Below are positions 24,906 through 38,712 of a stretch of 64,000 nt of DNA, in pieces. The DNA is from Mustelus asterias. Lineage: Eukaryota. The stretch spans positions 50,282,001 to 50,346,000 of the forward strand of contig NC_135817.1 of the NCBI RefSeq assembly GCF_964213995.1, written 5' to 3'. Position numbers and translations under genes: made by a program. The notes below the pieces were generated by a model. It did not search any database and had not been told where the DNA came from. It was given only the letters and a program-made list of their open reading frames with translations. How positions within the stretch are numbered: position 1 is the stretch's first letter; every line of letters begins with the position of its first letter.

Positions 24906-25628
24906 GTATCATGATCGTAACTCAAGAAGGGATAGTTTACATTTTGAGCATGTTAACTGCACAATTTTAAAACTGTCAAGAACTGTTGTACTTATAATTT
25001 GATAAACTGTTTTGAAAGCTGAACTATTGACTGGAGGCAGCCAAAGTAAAATCCAGCCTTTTCTTTTTACCTGTGCTGGGTTTTATTTATTTATATTCCA
25101 TTTATTTATAATTTATAAATTGTGCAAAATGTTACTCAGTTTTGCAGAAAATGCTAAAAGGTTGGTGAGCTGCACCTTTTTGAGAAATTACTCTATAGTT
25201 ACTATTGTCCACGCCATTAAACTGTGAACTATAAATTTGCCTTAGAATATTAAGATATTTGTGCATTTTTTTGCACATGTGCTTGGGTTTCCTTTGCTGG
25301 TAATGTTTACAAGACTGCAAATATGTACCAGGATTTCAATTAATTAGTTAAATATGAGGATTTGCTGTGCTTTAAAGATGAACAGATATAGGCTAAAATG
25401 GTTGAGTAAGAATTAGAAGATCTAACTGAAAGAATCAAAGGGCATCACAATCTCCTTTCTGAATCCCAGATGAGATTATTGTAATTGCTCTCGGCTGTCC
25501 ATTTTTCTTAATGTATAAGCCTAACTGTTGAACGTTGCGAGAATTTTTTTTTTTGCTGACATGAATTGCCATCTTTGCCATTACGTGACACCATCAGTTT
25601 CTTTACTGAATCTTCCTCTCGTTGGCAG

Positions 25629-25766
25629 GTGTTGCTGGATTGACAGAATCTGTCACAGAGATTACTTTAGAAAGCAAAGACAACTCAAAGTGTATAGGCA
25701 GCACCACAACGTGTATGGATGATAATGAGGAAGATGATGATGAAGGAGAAGCAGCTGATATGGAAG
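25629..25766 (+). CDS. ATG3: ATG3 coding exon 6, acidic flexible region (G)[21 protein letters not shown]...[10 protein letters not shown]
   Basis: GGCAG acceptor, GTGAGA donor, 138 nt open frame. Confidence 0.95.
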
Positions 25767-26696
25767 GTGAGAGCACAGTTGCACTCTCAGTAGCTGTCTG
25801 TTTGGAATACTCAATTCTTTGTGTTCTTGACTCTTGTTGATTCCCTTAGTATCAATCAGTCAATCTCTGACTTGAATATGCTCACCTACTGAGCATCCAT
25901 GGCTCTGTGGGCAGAGACCCAAAGATTCACAACATTTTAAATGAAGGAACTCCTTTCCATTTCAGTCCTAATTCTGAGACTGAAACCCTGTGTTCTGGAC
26001 TCACTACCCATGGAAATTGCTGCCATAGGTAGTGATTGAAGTTTATAGTACAGGTGCATTTAAGGGGAAACTTGGCAAGCATATGAGAGAGAAAGGAATA
26101 AATGGTTGTGACGTTAGATTTAGATGAGAAAAGATGAAGAAGACATGAGTGGAGCTTAAGTATCAACAAGGACCAGTTGGACCAAATAGCCTGGTTCTGT
26201 GTCATATATCCAACATAATCTTATGTAGCTTGATTTCCAAAATGAATTTTCAATATTGTGTGCATCACAGAGCACCCTAGCATGATTCATTCTGGGAATC
26301 GGGACAGGGCCTATTCCTGTGTGAGAGGCCGGCAGCATAATGCTGAGCAGGCCGCTGCACACATGCGCAGTGGCCAGCCTCCCGATCACTGGCCAGCTCG
26401 ATTGCTGGCCAGCCCTGCCATCCCCTATCACTGGCCTTCCGACCCCCCTGACCGACTGATCGCTGGCCTCCCAAACCTCCCCGGGTTAGCCCCCCACCTG
26501 GCCAGCGCTGGTTCCCCTCACCCCCCCGCCCCCCCCACCCCCCCAAAACCTCTTTGGCCAAACATTTTGTTACCTATCCTAATGAATCCTTGTTTGGCTT
26601 GGTCTGGTTACACGTCTCCAAACACCTTGGGACATTTTCCGATGTTAAAAGTTCTATATAACTGGAAGTTAAAGCCCGAATGGCAAGTTGATGTCA

Positions 26697-26928
26697 TGAT
26701 AGAAATCATAGAAACCCTACAGTACAGAAAGAGGCCATTCGGCCCATCGAGTCTGCACCGACCACAATCCCACCCAGGCCCTACCCCCATATCCCTACAT
26801 ATTTACCCACTGATCCCTCCAACCTACGCATCTCAGGACACCTAAGGGCAATTTTTAGCATGGCCAATCAACCTAACCTGCACATCTTTGGACTGTGGGA
26901 GGAAACTGGAGCACCCAGAGGAAACCCA
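26697..26928 (-). mobile_element. 5'-truncated HE1-like SINE
   Basis: Tail and core present, head missing. Confidence 0.8.
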
Positions 26929-27291
26929 AAAGAGAAAAAAACGGAATCATCGGAAGGTATCCACAATTAGCCAATTTCAATGTAAATTATTGCCATGTAG
27001 TATAATAGTATTTGGCCTGACTACTTATCATTGAACTGCTGAGTTCTATTTGTGGTCCTTGTGTTGCTATTTTAGTTTTGGCAACTGGTTGCCCCAATCT
27101 TGATGATTGAATTGTATTCAGAGTTGTAGTAGGTAGGTGAAGATAAAATAATGCATTCTGTTCAGCGATCTGTACTGCTACGCATGTACAAATAATAATC
27201 TGGCAATCTATTAATATGGTTATATGGTCAAATTGATATATAGTTTGTGTTCTTGTTTGAACATCTTGGTGAATGTTTTGTTTTCTTGCAG

Positions 27292-27329
27292 CCTATGAAG
27301 AGAGTGGCTTGTTAGAAGATGCAGATGAT
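27292..27329 (+). CDS. ATG3: ATG3 coding exon 7, (A)YEESGLLEDADD
   Basis: TTGCAG acceptor, GTAAGT donor, 38 nt. Confidence 0.95.
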
Positions 27330-27699
27330 GTAAGTTACAAAATGCTGCAATATGAGAGAAAAAAAAATGTTTTAACTGTCCTCGTCATCTTGGTCAAGTA
27401 TAGTGCAATAAATAAACTCAGCTTGTCATGAGGCCACTTTGGTCAATGTGTCTTGAGTGGCACTGGCAGAGGAAAAATATTAGGCCAATTCTGGAAGAAA
27501 CAAGGAAATTCCTTTCTGATCCCCAAAGGCAAGAGAATACAGATGTTGAAATCACCAGTCCCAGTTTACCTGCCTACATATTGTAACTCGGGAAGTCGTC
27601 CACTTATGGAAGCTTATCCAGCTCATTTGAAAGCCTTCTGTAAATCACATTTGCAACACGTGAAACCTATTCCAGAGAATAACAACTCTGCAAAAAAGT

Positions 27700-28940
27700 C
27701 ACATGGACAATTGCAGTTTAATTAAGGAAAGCCAGTATAGATTTCTTCAGGGAAAATCATGTTTAATTAATTTGCTGAAGTATCTTTTAAGAAGCAACAA
27801 AGAGAGTTGATGAGGACAATGCTGTTGATGTGTACATGGACTTCCAAAAGGCATTTGATACAGTGTCACATACCGGGACTTGTGAGCACAGTTATAGCTC
27901 ATGGAATAAAAGGGACATTAGCAAGATGGATATGAAATTGGCTGAGTGATAGGAAACAAAGTAATGGATGTTTTTCAGGCTGGAAGAAGGTCTGCAGTGG
28001 AGTTGCCTGGAACCCTTGCTCTTCCTGATTATGCATTAATGATCTAGACCTTGGTGTACAGGGCACAACTTAAGAATTTGGGAATGATACAAAACCTGGA
28101 AGCATTGTGAACTGTGAGGAGGATAGCGTAGAACACCAAAGAGACATCGGCAAGTTGGTAGAATGGGCAGACAGGTTGAAGATGGAGTTCAGTGCAGAGA
28201 AATGTGAGATGATTAATTTTGGTAGGAAGAACATAGAGAGACAATATAAAATAAAAAGTACAATTCTAAAGTGGGCGCAGGAGCAGACGGACTTGGTGTA
28301 CATATGCGTAAACCATTGCAGGTAGCTGGTTTGAAGTGGTAAGTAAAGCATATAGTATCATAGGCTTTATTAATAGAGGCATAGATTATAAAGGCAAGGA
28401 GGTTATGTTGAACTTGGATAAGACACTGGTCCTGCCTCAGCTGGAATATTGTATCCAGTTCTGGGTGTCATGCTTTAGGAAGGAAGTGAAGACATTGGAG
28501 AGAATGCAGAAAAGATTTATGAGAATTGTTCCAAGGATGAGAAACTTCAGTTATGAAGATAGATTGGAGAAGTTAGGACTGTTTTCCTTCGAGAGGCTAA
28601 TAGAGGTATTCAAAATCATGAGTCTGGACAGAATAGTTAGAGAGAAACTGTTCCCATTCATGAAAGAATCGAGAATGAGAGGCCTCCAATTTAAAGTAAT
28701 TGGCAAAAGAAGCAAAAGCAATATGAGAAAGAGAATTTTTATACAGTGGTGGCCAGGGTGTGTGGTGGAATCAGGTTCAGTTGTGACATTCTAAAGGGAA
28801 TTTGACTGTTATTTGAAAAAGAACAAAATGTGCAGAGTTACAGGGAAAAGGCAGAAGAATAGCATGATGTGAATTACTCATTTGGAGAGTTGGTGCAGGC
28901 ACAGTGGGCTGAATGGCTGCCTCCTGCACTGTTACAATAC
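27700..28940 (+). mobile_element. Degraded CR1 LINE RT/3' fragment
   Basis: DFQKAFD-like segment, LEYCIQFW and a CR1-type 3' end. Confidence 0.85.
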
Positions 28941-29461
28941 TATAATTCTGAATACTTTTATCCCCGTATGTGCATGTTTAAGTGGCTTGTATCAAAGATT
29001 TTTAAAGACTGCACAGTTCAACCATTATCCTTGCAAATAATTCCTTTATAGTTACCTCAAGTGAGTTTCCAACACCGGACCAATTAGAAGGCAGGAGATT
29101 GCCCACACTTCATAAATGAACCTGAATCCAGAAATAAACAAGCAGGGTCAGGTACTAAAAACTGCTAATAACTCTTGACTAGCACGCAAACAGATAACCT
29201 GACTTCTGCTCTGTATGATTCCCAGGTAATACCTTCTAGTATTCGGGTATTTTTTCTCTTACAAAAAGAAAGTCAGAGAATGGATTGACCTAGTTTATCC
29301 CTTGCTTTCTCCACTAGGGACTGACTCATGGCTGTATAGGTTTGGATAATGTAATTCAAATGGAGGGAGATTTCATTTAAATGCTTCCGCAAAAGTGATA
29401 CATTTTGAATTAGAGTAGGCTATAACTGAAACCTGATATTGTTTGCATTGCTTTGCTCTAG

Positions 29462-29614
29462 GCAACCCTTGATACCAGTAAGATAGAAGCGAACAAGCCC
29501 AAGGCAGATGCTGCTGGAGAAGATGGAATTCTTCAGACGAGAACTTATGATCTATACATTACTTATGACAAGTATTATCAGACACCAAGACTTTGGTTGT
29601 TTGGTTATGATGAG
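29462..29614 (+). CDS. ATG3: ATG3 coding exon 8, ATLDTSKIE...[29 protein letters not shown]
   Basis: CTAG acceptor, GTAAAT donor, 153 nt; contains the conserved TPRLWL motif. Confidence 0.97.
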
Positions 29615-29848
29615 GTAAATTGTTCTTTTTAAAGCATTGTTATGCAAGAAGCACAATATTTCACAAATCTTTTTGTGGGCTTCATTTCCTTGAATATTAT
29701 TGATTATTTTTTATGGGTATGACTGAAGTGTGGTGTGCACCAAATTCTATTCTTTTAATGTGATGCAAATTTTCTATATATGACGATTGAGGTATGCAAA
29801 ACTATATTAAACCTTAGATATAGTTTTTTTTTATTCTGACGTTTTTAG

Positions 29849-29976
29849 CAACGACACCCACTGACTGTTGAAGAGATGTATGAAGACATTAGCCAGGACC
29901 ATGTCAAGAAAACAGTGACAATTGAAAATCACCCTCATTTGCCTCCACCTTCAATGTGTTCTGTTCATCCATGCAG
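29849..29976 (+). CDS. ATG3: ATG3 coding exon 9 with catalytic HPC motif, [42 protein letters not shown](R)
   Basis: TTTTAG acceptor, GTATTT donor, 128 nt; active-site Cys present. Confidence 0.97.
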
Positions 29977-30229
29977 GTATTTTTTTTTAAATGTCAATAG
30001 ACAAACCTATTTCTAAATGTTCACTAAAATTAAACAGTACAGTGTTCCCTGGTAACATTTAAAACATCTGATTTCAATAATATATTTAATCTGGATTATT
30101 AAAACAAATATTTATATTGGAATTAAAGGTAATTTATGTAGCTATAGAAATTTGAATATTTGTTTATCTAAATCTAATGTGCAATTGATAAGTAAAACAT
30201 TTGGCTGCCCCAAAAATTCAACAAGGATA

Positions 30230-30695
30230 AAGTTGAGGCTATGTTTTCTGATCGTTATGGTTCTCAATATCTTTAGATCGGTTAGGATTGTATTCACTGG
30301 AGTTCAGAAGAATAATGGAGGGTCTCATAGAAACCTATGAAATTCTAACAGGCCTAGACAGTGTAGATGCAAGAAGGATGTTCCCGATGGTGGCAGTGTT
30401 CAGACCAGGGGCCACAGTCGGGATAAACTGTTTAGGACAAAAATGAGAAGACATTTCTTCACCCAGAGACTGGTCAGCCTGTGGAATTTTGGTACCACAG
30501 AAAGTAGTTGAAGTCAAAACATTGCATGTTTTCAAGAGGCAGTTAGATATAGCACTTGGGGCGAAGGGGATCAGAGGATATTGGGGGAAGGCAGAATCAG
30601 GCTGTTGAGTTGGATGATCAGCCATGATCATAATGAATGGCAGAGCAAGCTTGAAGGGCCGAATGGCCTCACCCTGCACCTAGTTTCTATGTTTC
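30230..30695 (+). mobile_element. Older CR1 3' fragment
   Basis: CR1 C-terminal homology and tail GGGCCGAATGGCCT...TTCTATG. Confidence 0.75.
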
Positions 30696-30725
30696 TCAGT
30701 CTAGATGCATCAACTAGCAACTACT

Positions 30726-31407
30726 AGGTGTGCAAGTCCACAGATCCTTGAAGGTGACGTCACAGGTGGAGAAGGTAGTGAATAAGGCATATGGCATGCT
30801 TGCCTTTATAGGACGGGGCATAGAGTATAAAAGTTGGGGTCTGATGTTGCAGTTGTATAGAACGTTGGTTCGGCCACATTTGGAATACTGCGTCCAGTTC
30901 TGGTCGCCACACTACCGGAAGGACGTGGAGGCTTTAGAGAGAGTGCAGAGGAGGTTTACCAGGATGTTGCCTGGTATGGAAGGGCTTGGTTATGAGGAGA
31001 GATTGGGTAAACTGGAGTTGTTCTCACTGGAAAGACGGAGGATGAGGGGGGACCTAATAGAGGTGTATAAAATTATGAAAGGCATAGATAGGGTGAACGC
31101 TGGGAAGCTTTTTCCCAGGTCGGTGGTGACGTTCACGAGGGGTCATAGGTTCAAGGTGAGGGGGGGGGAGGTTTAACACGGATATCAGAAGGACGTATTT
31201 TACGCAGAGGGTGGTGGGGACCTGGAATGTGCTGCTGGGCAAGGTGGTGGAGGCGGACACACTGGGAATGTTTAAGACTTATCTAGATAGCCACATGAAC
31301 GGAGTGGGAATGGAGGGATACAAAAGAATGGTCTAGTTTGGACCAGGAAGCGGCGCGGGCTTGGAGGGCCGAAGGGCCTGTTCCTGTGCTGTATTGTTCT
31401 TTGTTCT
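30726..31407 (+). mobile_element. 5'-truncated young CR1 copy with 7-bp TSD AACTACT
   Basis: Near-identical to 52556-53238; AACTACT at 30719-30725 and 31408-31414. Confidence 0.9.
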
Positions 31408-32280
31408 AACTACTGAAAGCGGTCTACTTCTATCAGTGCTGTCCTTCCTTTAATGATTTTAAACATTGTTACCATAATGCCCCCTTATCTGCTTTTTAAC
31501 AATTAAGACTACATTGTGCCAGACTATCTGCCTTAGTTATATTTTCTTATACCAAACTGGTGGATCCGTGCTACAAACTCTCTCATCCCTCAATGAACTT
31601 GTCATTTTATGGAACTCTACACTGTGCACATTGTTGTAACTAAGGCCTTATTAGTATGATGTTTGACAGTGACACTCGTATATCATTCTCCATTTGCAGG
31701 TGGGATCTGTACTTTTGTCTGCATGTTGTCATAGAAAAAAAGAGAATTTCACAAATGTATTTTATTTGGAAAGATAGCACATTTCTTTTTCTTCTTTAAC
31801 CAATTCTGGATTCTCTGCAGCAACATGTAGCCAGAATAGAGATTGAGCATCGAGTCTACGTTCATTCGGAGTATAGTTACTCTGAATTGATGATTTTTTT
31901 TTAATACAACAGATCACCTCAATTATTTTTATGACTTCCACGTTTTAGTTCATTGCATACCTTACCAATATCTCTTTTGCAGCTCACAAAGAATTCAAAG
32001 GAATTAACTGCATATTGAATTTGGGTATTGTCTGCAGATTCGGACAGCCCTCTCGGCTTGTATCCAAATCATCAATATACAAATGAACAGAAATGCACTC
32101 ATTCTTGTCCAGATTATGTAAATACTTCTAAGTCTCTACATTTTCTTTCCTGTTTAAGTGACAATGCAATACTGTAACCTAATCGTTCCCGAGAGATCAC
32201 TTGTATTTGCTCTCTTCTGTCAGTGCTCTTTGTGTATTTGTAAACAGTAGTTTAAAAGTATCTAACTTCTTGTATTATAG

Positions 32281-32349
32281 ACATGCAGAAGTAATGAAAA
32301 AAATCATTGAAACAGTTGCAGAAGGCGGAGGTGAACTTGGTGTACACAT
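32281..32349 (+). CDS. ATG3: ATG3 coding exon 10, (R)[22 protein letters not shown](M)
   Basis: TATAG acceptor; followed by the U12-type donor GTATCCTTT; 69 nt. Confidence 0.96.
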
Positions 32350-33078
32350 GTATCCTTTGAAGTTAACAAATGCCCAAAATATTAATGAAAGCTTAGATTT
32401 TGATAGTTTCTCTTTTTTTAGTAACAAATTATATTTATCTAGTGCCTTTAACGCAATTTCTAGCCACTGCTTTTCTCACTCGTATCAACTTCTCCATCTA
32501 TCCTTGACAAGAAGCTGCTAAAACAATTGATTTCAGTCTTGCTGATGTTTCCTATTCCATCTTAATGTCTCAATGCATCTGTAGAAGAAGTGGAGAAAGG
32601 GATTATAGAGTAATCTTAGCCAGTCAGAAATCATCTGAAACACAGTGAATATACAGAGTTTGATCCCACAGCAGCAGTTCATCTAAATATTTATTATTTT
32701 CTGAAAAGAAGTAACCTTAGCTGAGAATATAATGGTCTAATTTCTAAATTCCCTTGACTGGCATCCTGCTCCGTTGTGGAGGCATGGTCATTGAATATTT
32801 TTAAGGCTGAGTTGGATAGCTTTTTGATTGACCAGGTTTGTAGGGGGTAGACAGAAAAGTAGAGTTGCGGCTACAATCAGATTAACCATGATCTTATCAA
32901 ATGGCAGAGCAGGGTCAAGGAGCTGAATGGCCTACTCCTCTTGATTTGTATGTACAAAGTGAACAGCAGCCTTGAATATTATAGAAATGATTACCTGGCC
33001 CATGGTTGACTACATAGTCTGGTTGTCAAGGCTCCACACAATTTGGAGTTGGACTGCTCCCTGCCCCTGGGTGAATGA

Positions 33079-33372
33079 GGCAACATGGTGGTTAGCACTG
33101 CTGCCTCACAGTGCCAGGGACCCGGGTTTGATTCCTGGCTTGGGGTCACTGTTTGTGTGGAGTTTGCATGTTCTCCCTGTGTCTGCATGGGTTTCCTCTG
33201 GGTGCTCCAGTTTCCCCCGTCAGTCTGAAAGACATGCTGGTTAGGTGAATTAGTCATGCTAAATTCTCCTTCAGTGTACCCGAACAGGAGCCGGAGTATG
33301 GCGACTAGGGGATTTTCACAATAACTTCATTGCAGTGTGAATGTAAGTCTACTTGTGACTAATAAATAAACT
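33079..33372 (+). mobile_element. HE1-like SINE, tail B
   Basis: Same structure as 6708-7000. Confidence 0.85.
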
Positions 33373-34079
33373 TGAAGTTCGCAGCCAGCTTGTCCAGTAC
33401 ACTTAGTATAGCTAATTGTCCTCTGTGGAAGGCGGAATCTCCATCAGCAGCAGGACTAGAATGTGAAGTTGCTCTCCAGACACATGCTTTCTGAATCATT
33501 ATTATTAACTTGCTCTTGCTTGTCCACTTCTCTTCTGTGAAACTTCTGCACCCTGTCCCAACAATGCAGGGTGCCAATTCTTGAGCTGACCTTTGCTTGT
33601 GTAAAGTTGCGTTATGCTATATCCTTTGCAAGGATACTGTCCAGAAGCCGTGCTCCTGATACCCGTTTCTCCACCCCTTCCCAGCACCACCTACCCTGCC
33701 AAACATTATGCCCTAATGACAGCCTCTTGCAGAGAGGACACTGTGTATGTCTCCTGGTATGTCCCCTTGTGGTTGGCTACTCCTTAATACTGTGTGTCAG
33801 CTTCTCCTATAGGAAGGAAGTTCTTAGTGTCAACCTCATGAAGATATTTGGAGGATGTGCATGTCGGGGTAAAATAGTGTTATGAGGTTGTCAAAAATGG
33901 CACAGTTGTGAGGAGGTGAGGGAATGGATAATGAGAATAGTGGGTGCAGAAAACTCCAGTAGCACCAGAAAAAAACAGATACTTCTGAGCCTCTGTTTTC
34001 CTAACTGATGGGGCAGCTGTACCATAAGGAACTAAAATCAGTCCATACTATGTTCAACATGGCATTGGCTATGTAGTCT

Positions 34080-36008
34080 CAATTCCTGTGAAAAGGAAGG
34101 ACAGGAAAGGCAGGATTCGGGAACCATGGATGACCAGGGAAATTGCGAGTGTGGTCAGAAAGAAAAAGGATGCATACATAAGGTCTAGGCAACTAAAGAT
34201 AGATGAAGCACTTGAAGAATACAGGGAAAGTAGAAAAGAACTCAAACAGGGAGTTAGGAAGGCAAAAAGGGGTCACGAAATGACAGGCAGGATTAAAAAG
34301 AATTCCAAGGCATTTTATACATATATTAGGGTAGCTAGAGAAAGATTGGTCCACTCAAGGACAAAGGAGGGAAATTATGCATAGAACCAAAGGAAGTGGG
34401 TGAGATCCTTAATGAGTACTTTGCATTGGTATTCACAAAAGAGAGGGACACATTGATGGTGTTTCAGAGGGGTATGTAAACCCTCTAGAGCAAGTCACCA
34501 TTAAGAGGTAGGAAGTGTTAGTTGTATTAAAAAGCATTACGGTAGACAAATCCCCAGGGCCAGATGGCATCTATCCCAGATTACTGAGGGAGACGAGAGG
34601 AAATTGCTAGGCCTTTAACAGAAATCTATCTTTCTTTCTTCATTGGCCATAGGTGAGGACCCAGAGGATTGGAGGATATCCAATGGTGTTCCGTTATTTA
34701 AGAAAGGTAGCAAGGATAACCCGGATAATTATAGGCCCAGTAGCTTGACATCAGTGATAGTGAAATTATTGAAGATTCTTGGGGATAGGATCTATACACA
34801 TTTGGAACTGAATGGTCTGATTAGCGAGAGACAGCATGGTTTTGTATGAGGGAGATCATGTATCTCTCTTTTTGAGCTTTTGAGGAGATAGCAAAAATGA
34901 TTGACAAGGGAAGGGCCGTAGATGTTGTCTCATAGCTGGCTTGTGCAAAATGTTAAATTACACGGGATCAAGGGTGAATTAGCTAAATGGATTCAGAATT
35001 GGCTTGGCCGTAGAAGACAGAGGGTAGTGGTGGAAGGGTGTTTTTCTGAGTGGAGGTCTGTAACTAGTGGTGTTCTGCAGGGATGAGTATTGGGACCTCT
35101 GTTGTTTATAATATATATATAAATGACTTGGAAGAAAAAGTGGCTGGTCTGATTAGCAAGTTTGCAGATGATACTAAGATTCCTGGAGTTGCAGATAGTG
35201 ATGAATGTTGTCAGAGAATACAGCAGGATACAGATAGGCTGGAAAATGTGGTGGAGAAATATCAGATGGAATTTAATCCAGACAAATGCGAGGTGATGCA
35301 TTTTGGTAGATTCAATTCAGGTGATGGCAGAACCATCAGGAGCATAGACACAGGTCTGGGATTACAGGTCCACAGATCCTTAAAAGTGGCAGCATAGGTG
35401 GAAAAGCTGGTGAAGAAAGAACATGGCATGCTTGCCTTCATTGGCTGGGGCATTGAGTATGCAAGTTGGCAAATTATGTTAGCTGTATAAAATGTTGGCT
35501 GACCACGTTTGAAATACTGTGACCAATTCTGTCACCACACTACCAGAAGATCATGGCGGCTTTGGAGGGAATACAGAAAAGGTTTACCAAGATGTCACCT
35601 GGTATGGAGGGTATTAGCTATGAGGAGAGATTGAATAAACTAGGATTGCTCTCCCTGGAAAGACGAAGGATGGGGGCTGATCTGAAGGAAGTTTATAAAA
35701 TTGAGAGGCATAGATTAAGTGAACAGTTGGAAGCTTTTTCCCAGGGCAGAAATGACAATTACAAGAGGGGAAAGGTTCAGTAGAGATATGCGGGGGAGGA
35801 TTATTTTACACAGAGGGTGGTGGGAGCCTGGAATGCCAAGTGAGGTGGTTGAGGCAAACACATTAGCGACATTTAAGACTTAAATGATAGACACATGAAG
35901 AGGTGGGGAACAGAGGGATACAGGCTGTTGGTCTAGATAGAACAATGTGATCAGTGCAGGCTTGGTGGGCCGAAGGGCCTGTTCCTGTGCTGAACTGCTC
36001 TTTGCTCT
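34080..36008 (+). mobile_element. Degraded CR1 ORF2 fragment inside the U12 intron
   Basis: Broken ORFs collinear with ORF2 at 51200-53230 (REPW, PEDW, KFADD, FNPDKC). Confidence 0.9.
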
Positions 36009-36737
36009 AATCTCCTCGTAACACCACTCATGTGGAATTCCTCACACCTGCTATTTTCTAGTGAAGATTCAGTGTCAGTTATCTAATGACCAACCTAGAA
36101 ATGTACTGCTTGAGAGCTGGAAACTGAGAGATGGGCAGTGTGTATGTAGGATTCCAGATGGTGCAACTGACTATGTAAGTTCTAAACTAAAACAACTATC
36201 TTTGGCAGACACTGTAAACCAATATCAGAATCAGGTAAGTTTTTAAAACTCGGGCATTGATGATGGTTGGTGCGTCAGCCTAGTCCACTAATGAAATCTG
36301 TTATGTAAACATGTGACTGCGAGCTGGACATTTTCCCCATTTAGCTTGAGATAACCCTGCAAGCAAGTGTTCCATATGAAGGTAGTCTCAACTGGACATG
36401 CAATGGAAAAGGTAAGTGTTTCATATACCAGGTTGTATTATTTTAGCAGATTAACCTCCAGCAGTACAGTCATACAATTGATTTTCCTAAAACCTCAGAT
36501 CTGCCAATGTGCTTAAGCTCTCTGGATTTGAGGGAGATCTGCCAGTATAGGGAGCAAATGGAGGACAAGAAGAAATGCTAATGTGTAGATATCTCAATGG
36601 CTTGACTTAAGATACTTTTAAAAAATATAGCAATGAGTTTCACACTTATTAGATATCCAGTTATCGAAAAGTGTCATCTGTATGAGTATTGCCACAATGG
36701 CAATAGCTTAATAGAATTGAAAATTGAAAGCTGCACT

Positions 36738-37545
36738 TGTGACGATACTGTGCTTTGAAGAAATGTATTTATGTCATGTTTCTTATGCAGGGATTATCGG
36801 TGCTGCTTTGTCTGTACCTAGCAGCCCATGTTGGTACTGCTAATTGCTAAAATGTTTGTTTTAATCTGGACTAATACAGGGTAGTTATTTTCATGTTTTC
36901 CCCTGGGACTTTTCAGAGTGGAGCTTGATTCGGGTTTTGACAGGAAAAGTCATGAAATTAGGTGGGGCTAGGTTCACAGAGAGAAACGCAGCTCAATTGC
37001 TGTTTGGGATCTGCAGAGAGAAGAAATAGCTCTCTATCTGTCTCTTTCCCTTTCTGGATTTGGAGACTGGAATCTGCCAGAAAATAGGTCTCTTTCTCTG
37101 AAGTTCTGCTGCTTGAAGGTAGATCTTACTCTGGAAGCTGCTGGGAGTCAGAAGACAGGTGTCTTTCTGTATCTGTCCAGAAAGGTTTAAAGGCTGGAAA
37201 TCCAGCATCCATGTGAACATATCTGTTTTTGGTGTTAATTAGTTCCTAAATAGGGTTTATGTCTATGGGGATATTGCTTAAATTGGGACTATAGAGATTG
37301 ATAGCTGTTAAGAATTATATTTTCATGTTGAAGTACTTTAATTGGTAAGAGTTATGCTAATTTTTTTAAATTTTCTAACTGCGTTCTTAAATAAAGTTTG
37401 TTTTAATAAAAACTATTTAGTGGCTCAATAGAATCACGTCTGGAAGCGAAATACCTTCTGTTCGCACTGATGCCAAAATCAAATAAACTTGGGGTCTAGG
37501 CTAACTTCATAATATACCTTGGAGTTTCTGATCTGGTCCCTAACA
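36738..37545 (+). mobile_element. Probable solo LTR
   Basis: TGT...TAACA ends, internal AATAAA, flanks GCACT/GTACT (imperfect TSD). Confidence 0.45.
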
Positions 37546-38255
37546 GTACTGCACATAATCACACTGCCATTGGAAGGCAATAAAATCATGATGAAATCTT
37601 TTGGTAAAACAAGAGTTTCAGATTGGTCCCAGTTCAGATTTGCCATGTCTGATTAAATACTTAGCCAAGTCAAACTTGGTACTTTGGGAATCCAAGATCA
37701 TACATAAAGAAACTGAGAAATGTATCTAATGGTCTAAAAACCAGGAAAGGAAGTGGACATAAAGGTGAATGTAAGATCATTTCAATGAGATTTGGGATTG
37801 ATCTTCACAATCCTCTGAACCCAACTGTGATGCTACTAGTGTAATGGCTCTGCAAAGTGTTTTCTAGGTTGCATATCAATATTTTATTATTTAAATCTCG
37901 CAATAAAAGATGGGGTAGTCACCAAGTATGCTTATCAGAATCTTTCCTTCATTATATTTAGGCTAATGTGGCAAAGCGTGGTTCCCCTTTTAATCAGATT
38001 TCTATTTTATTTCTATCTTCCGTTCCCTCTACCCCTCTGCCTGTAAGATAGTGTGAAGCCGCCACAATGAGAATACGTAATAATAATGTTTGTCAATGTT
38101 AACCTCTTCGGTCATTAAGGACTTCCAGAGGACCCTCACTGGGCACACAAGTAGTTAGATTTGTAATGTTTAAATATTAATTTGTATCTTAAAAAAAAGC
38201 ATTGCAATAATTACATTGACTTTTAGTGATGTTTCCTTAACCTATTGGTTTTCAG

Positions 38256-38337
38256 GTACCTTCTAATATTTTTGAAATTTGTTCAAGCAGTCATTCCAAC
38301 AATTGAATATGATTACACAAGACACTTTACCATGTAG
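38256..38337 (+). CDS. ATG3: ATG3 last coding exon, (M)[26 protein letters not shown]
   Basis: Matches the vertebrate ATG3 C-terminus; TAG stop. The spliced CDS totals 951 nt. Confidence 0.97.
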
Positions 38338-38706
38338 CTTCAAAGTTTACACAATCAGAATATTCTCAGAATATGTTCTGGGTTGACAACATGCTGCTGC
38401 CTTTCAACTGTGGCTAATAATTCGCTCAACATAATTTTGACCATTGCTTGTTCAGGTTCAGTTCCTTTTTATAGAAGTTCTGTAATGAGATTGACAGGAG
38501 CTTGTCTGTTTATCCAAATGAAGAAGCTGAATTCAACTATGAAACTTATTTTCTTTTTTTTTCATGGATTTCTCATTTTGTGCTCCCCTGTTCTACTTTT
38601 GAGTAAACAACTGAAGCAAATACATACTCTCTAATTCATGTTTCATTGCATTTTGAAAGTAAGATGTATTGACTTCTATTAAACCGATTTATATTTGCAG
38701 TATACA

Positions 38707-38712
38707 AATAAA
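38707..38712 (+). terminator. ATG3: Candidate polyadenylation signal of ATG3
   Basis: AATAAA ~370 nt after the stop, followed by GT/T-rich sequence. Confidence 0.5.

Larger units (their letters stand above)
32350..38255 (+). other. ATG3: U12-type (minor spliceosome) GT-AG intron of ATG3
   Basis: 5' splice site GTATCCTTT at 32350; branch site TTTCCTTAAC at 38232-38241, ~15 nt before the AG at 38254-38255. Confidence 0.92.
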
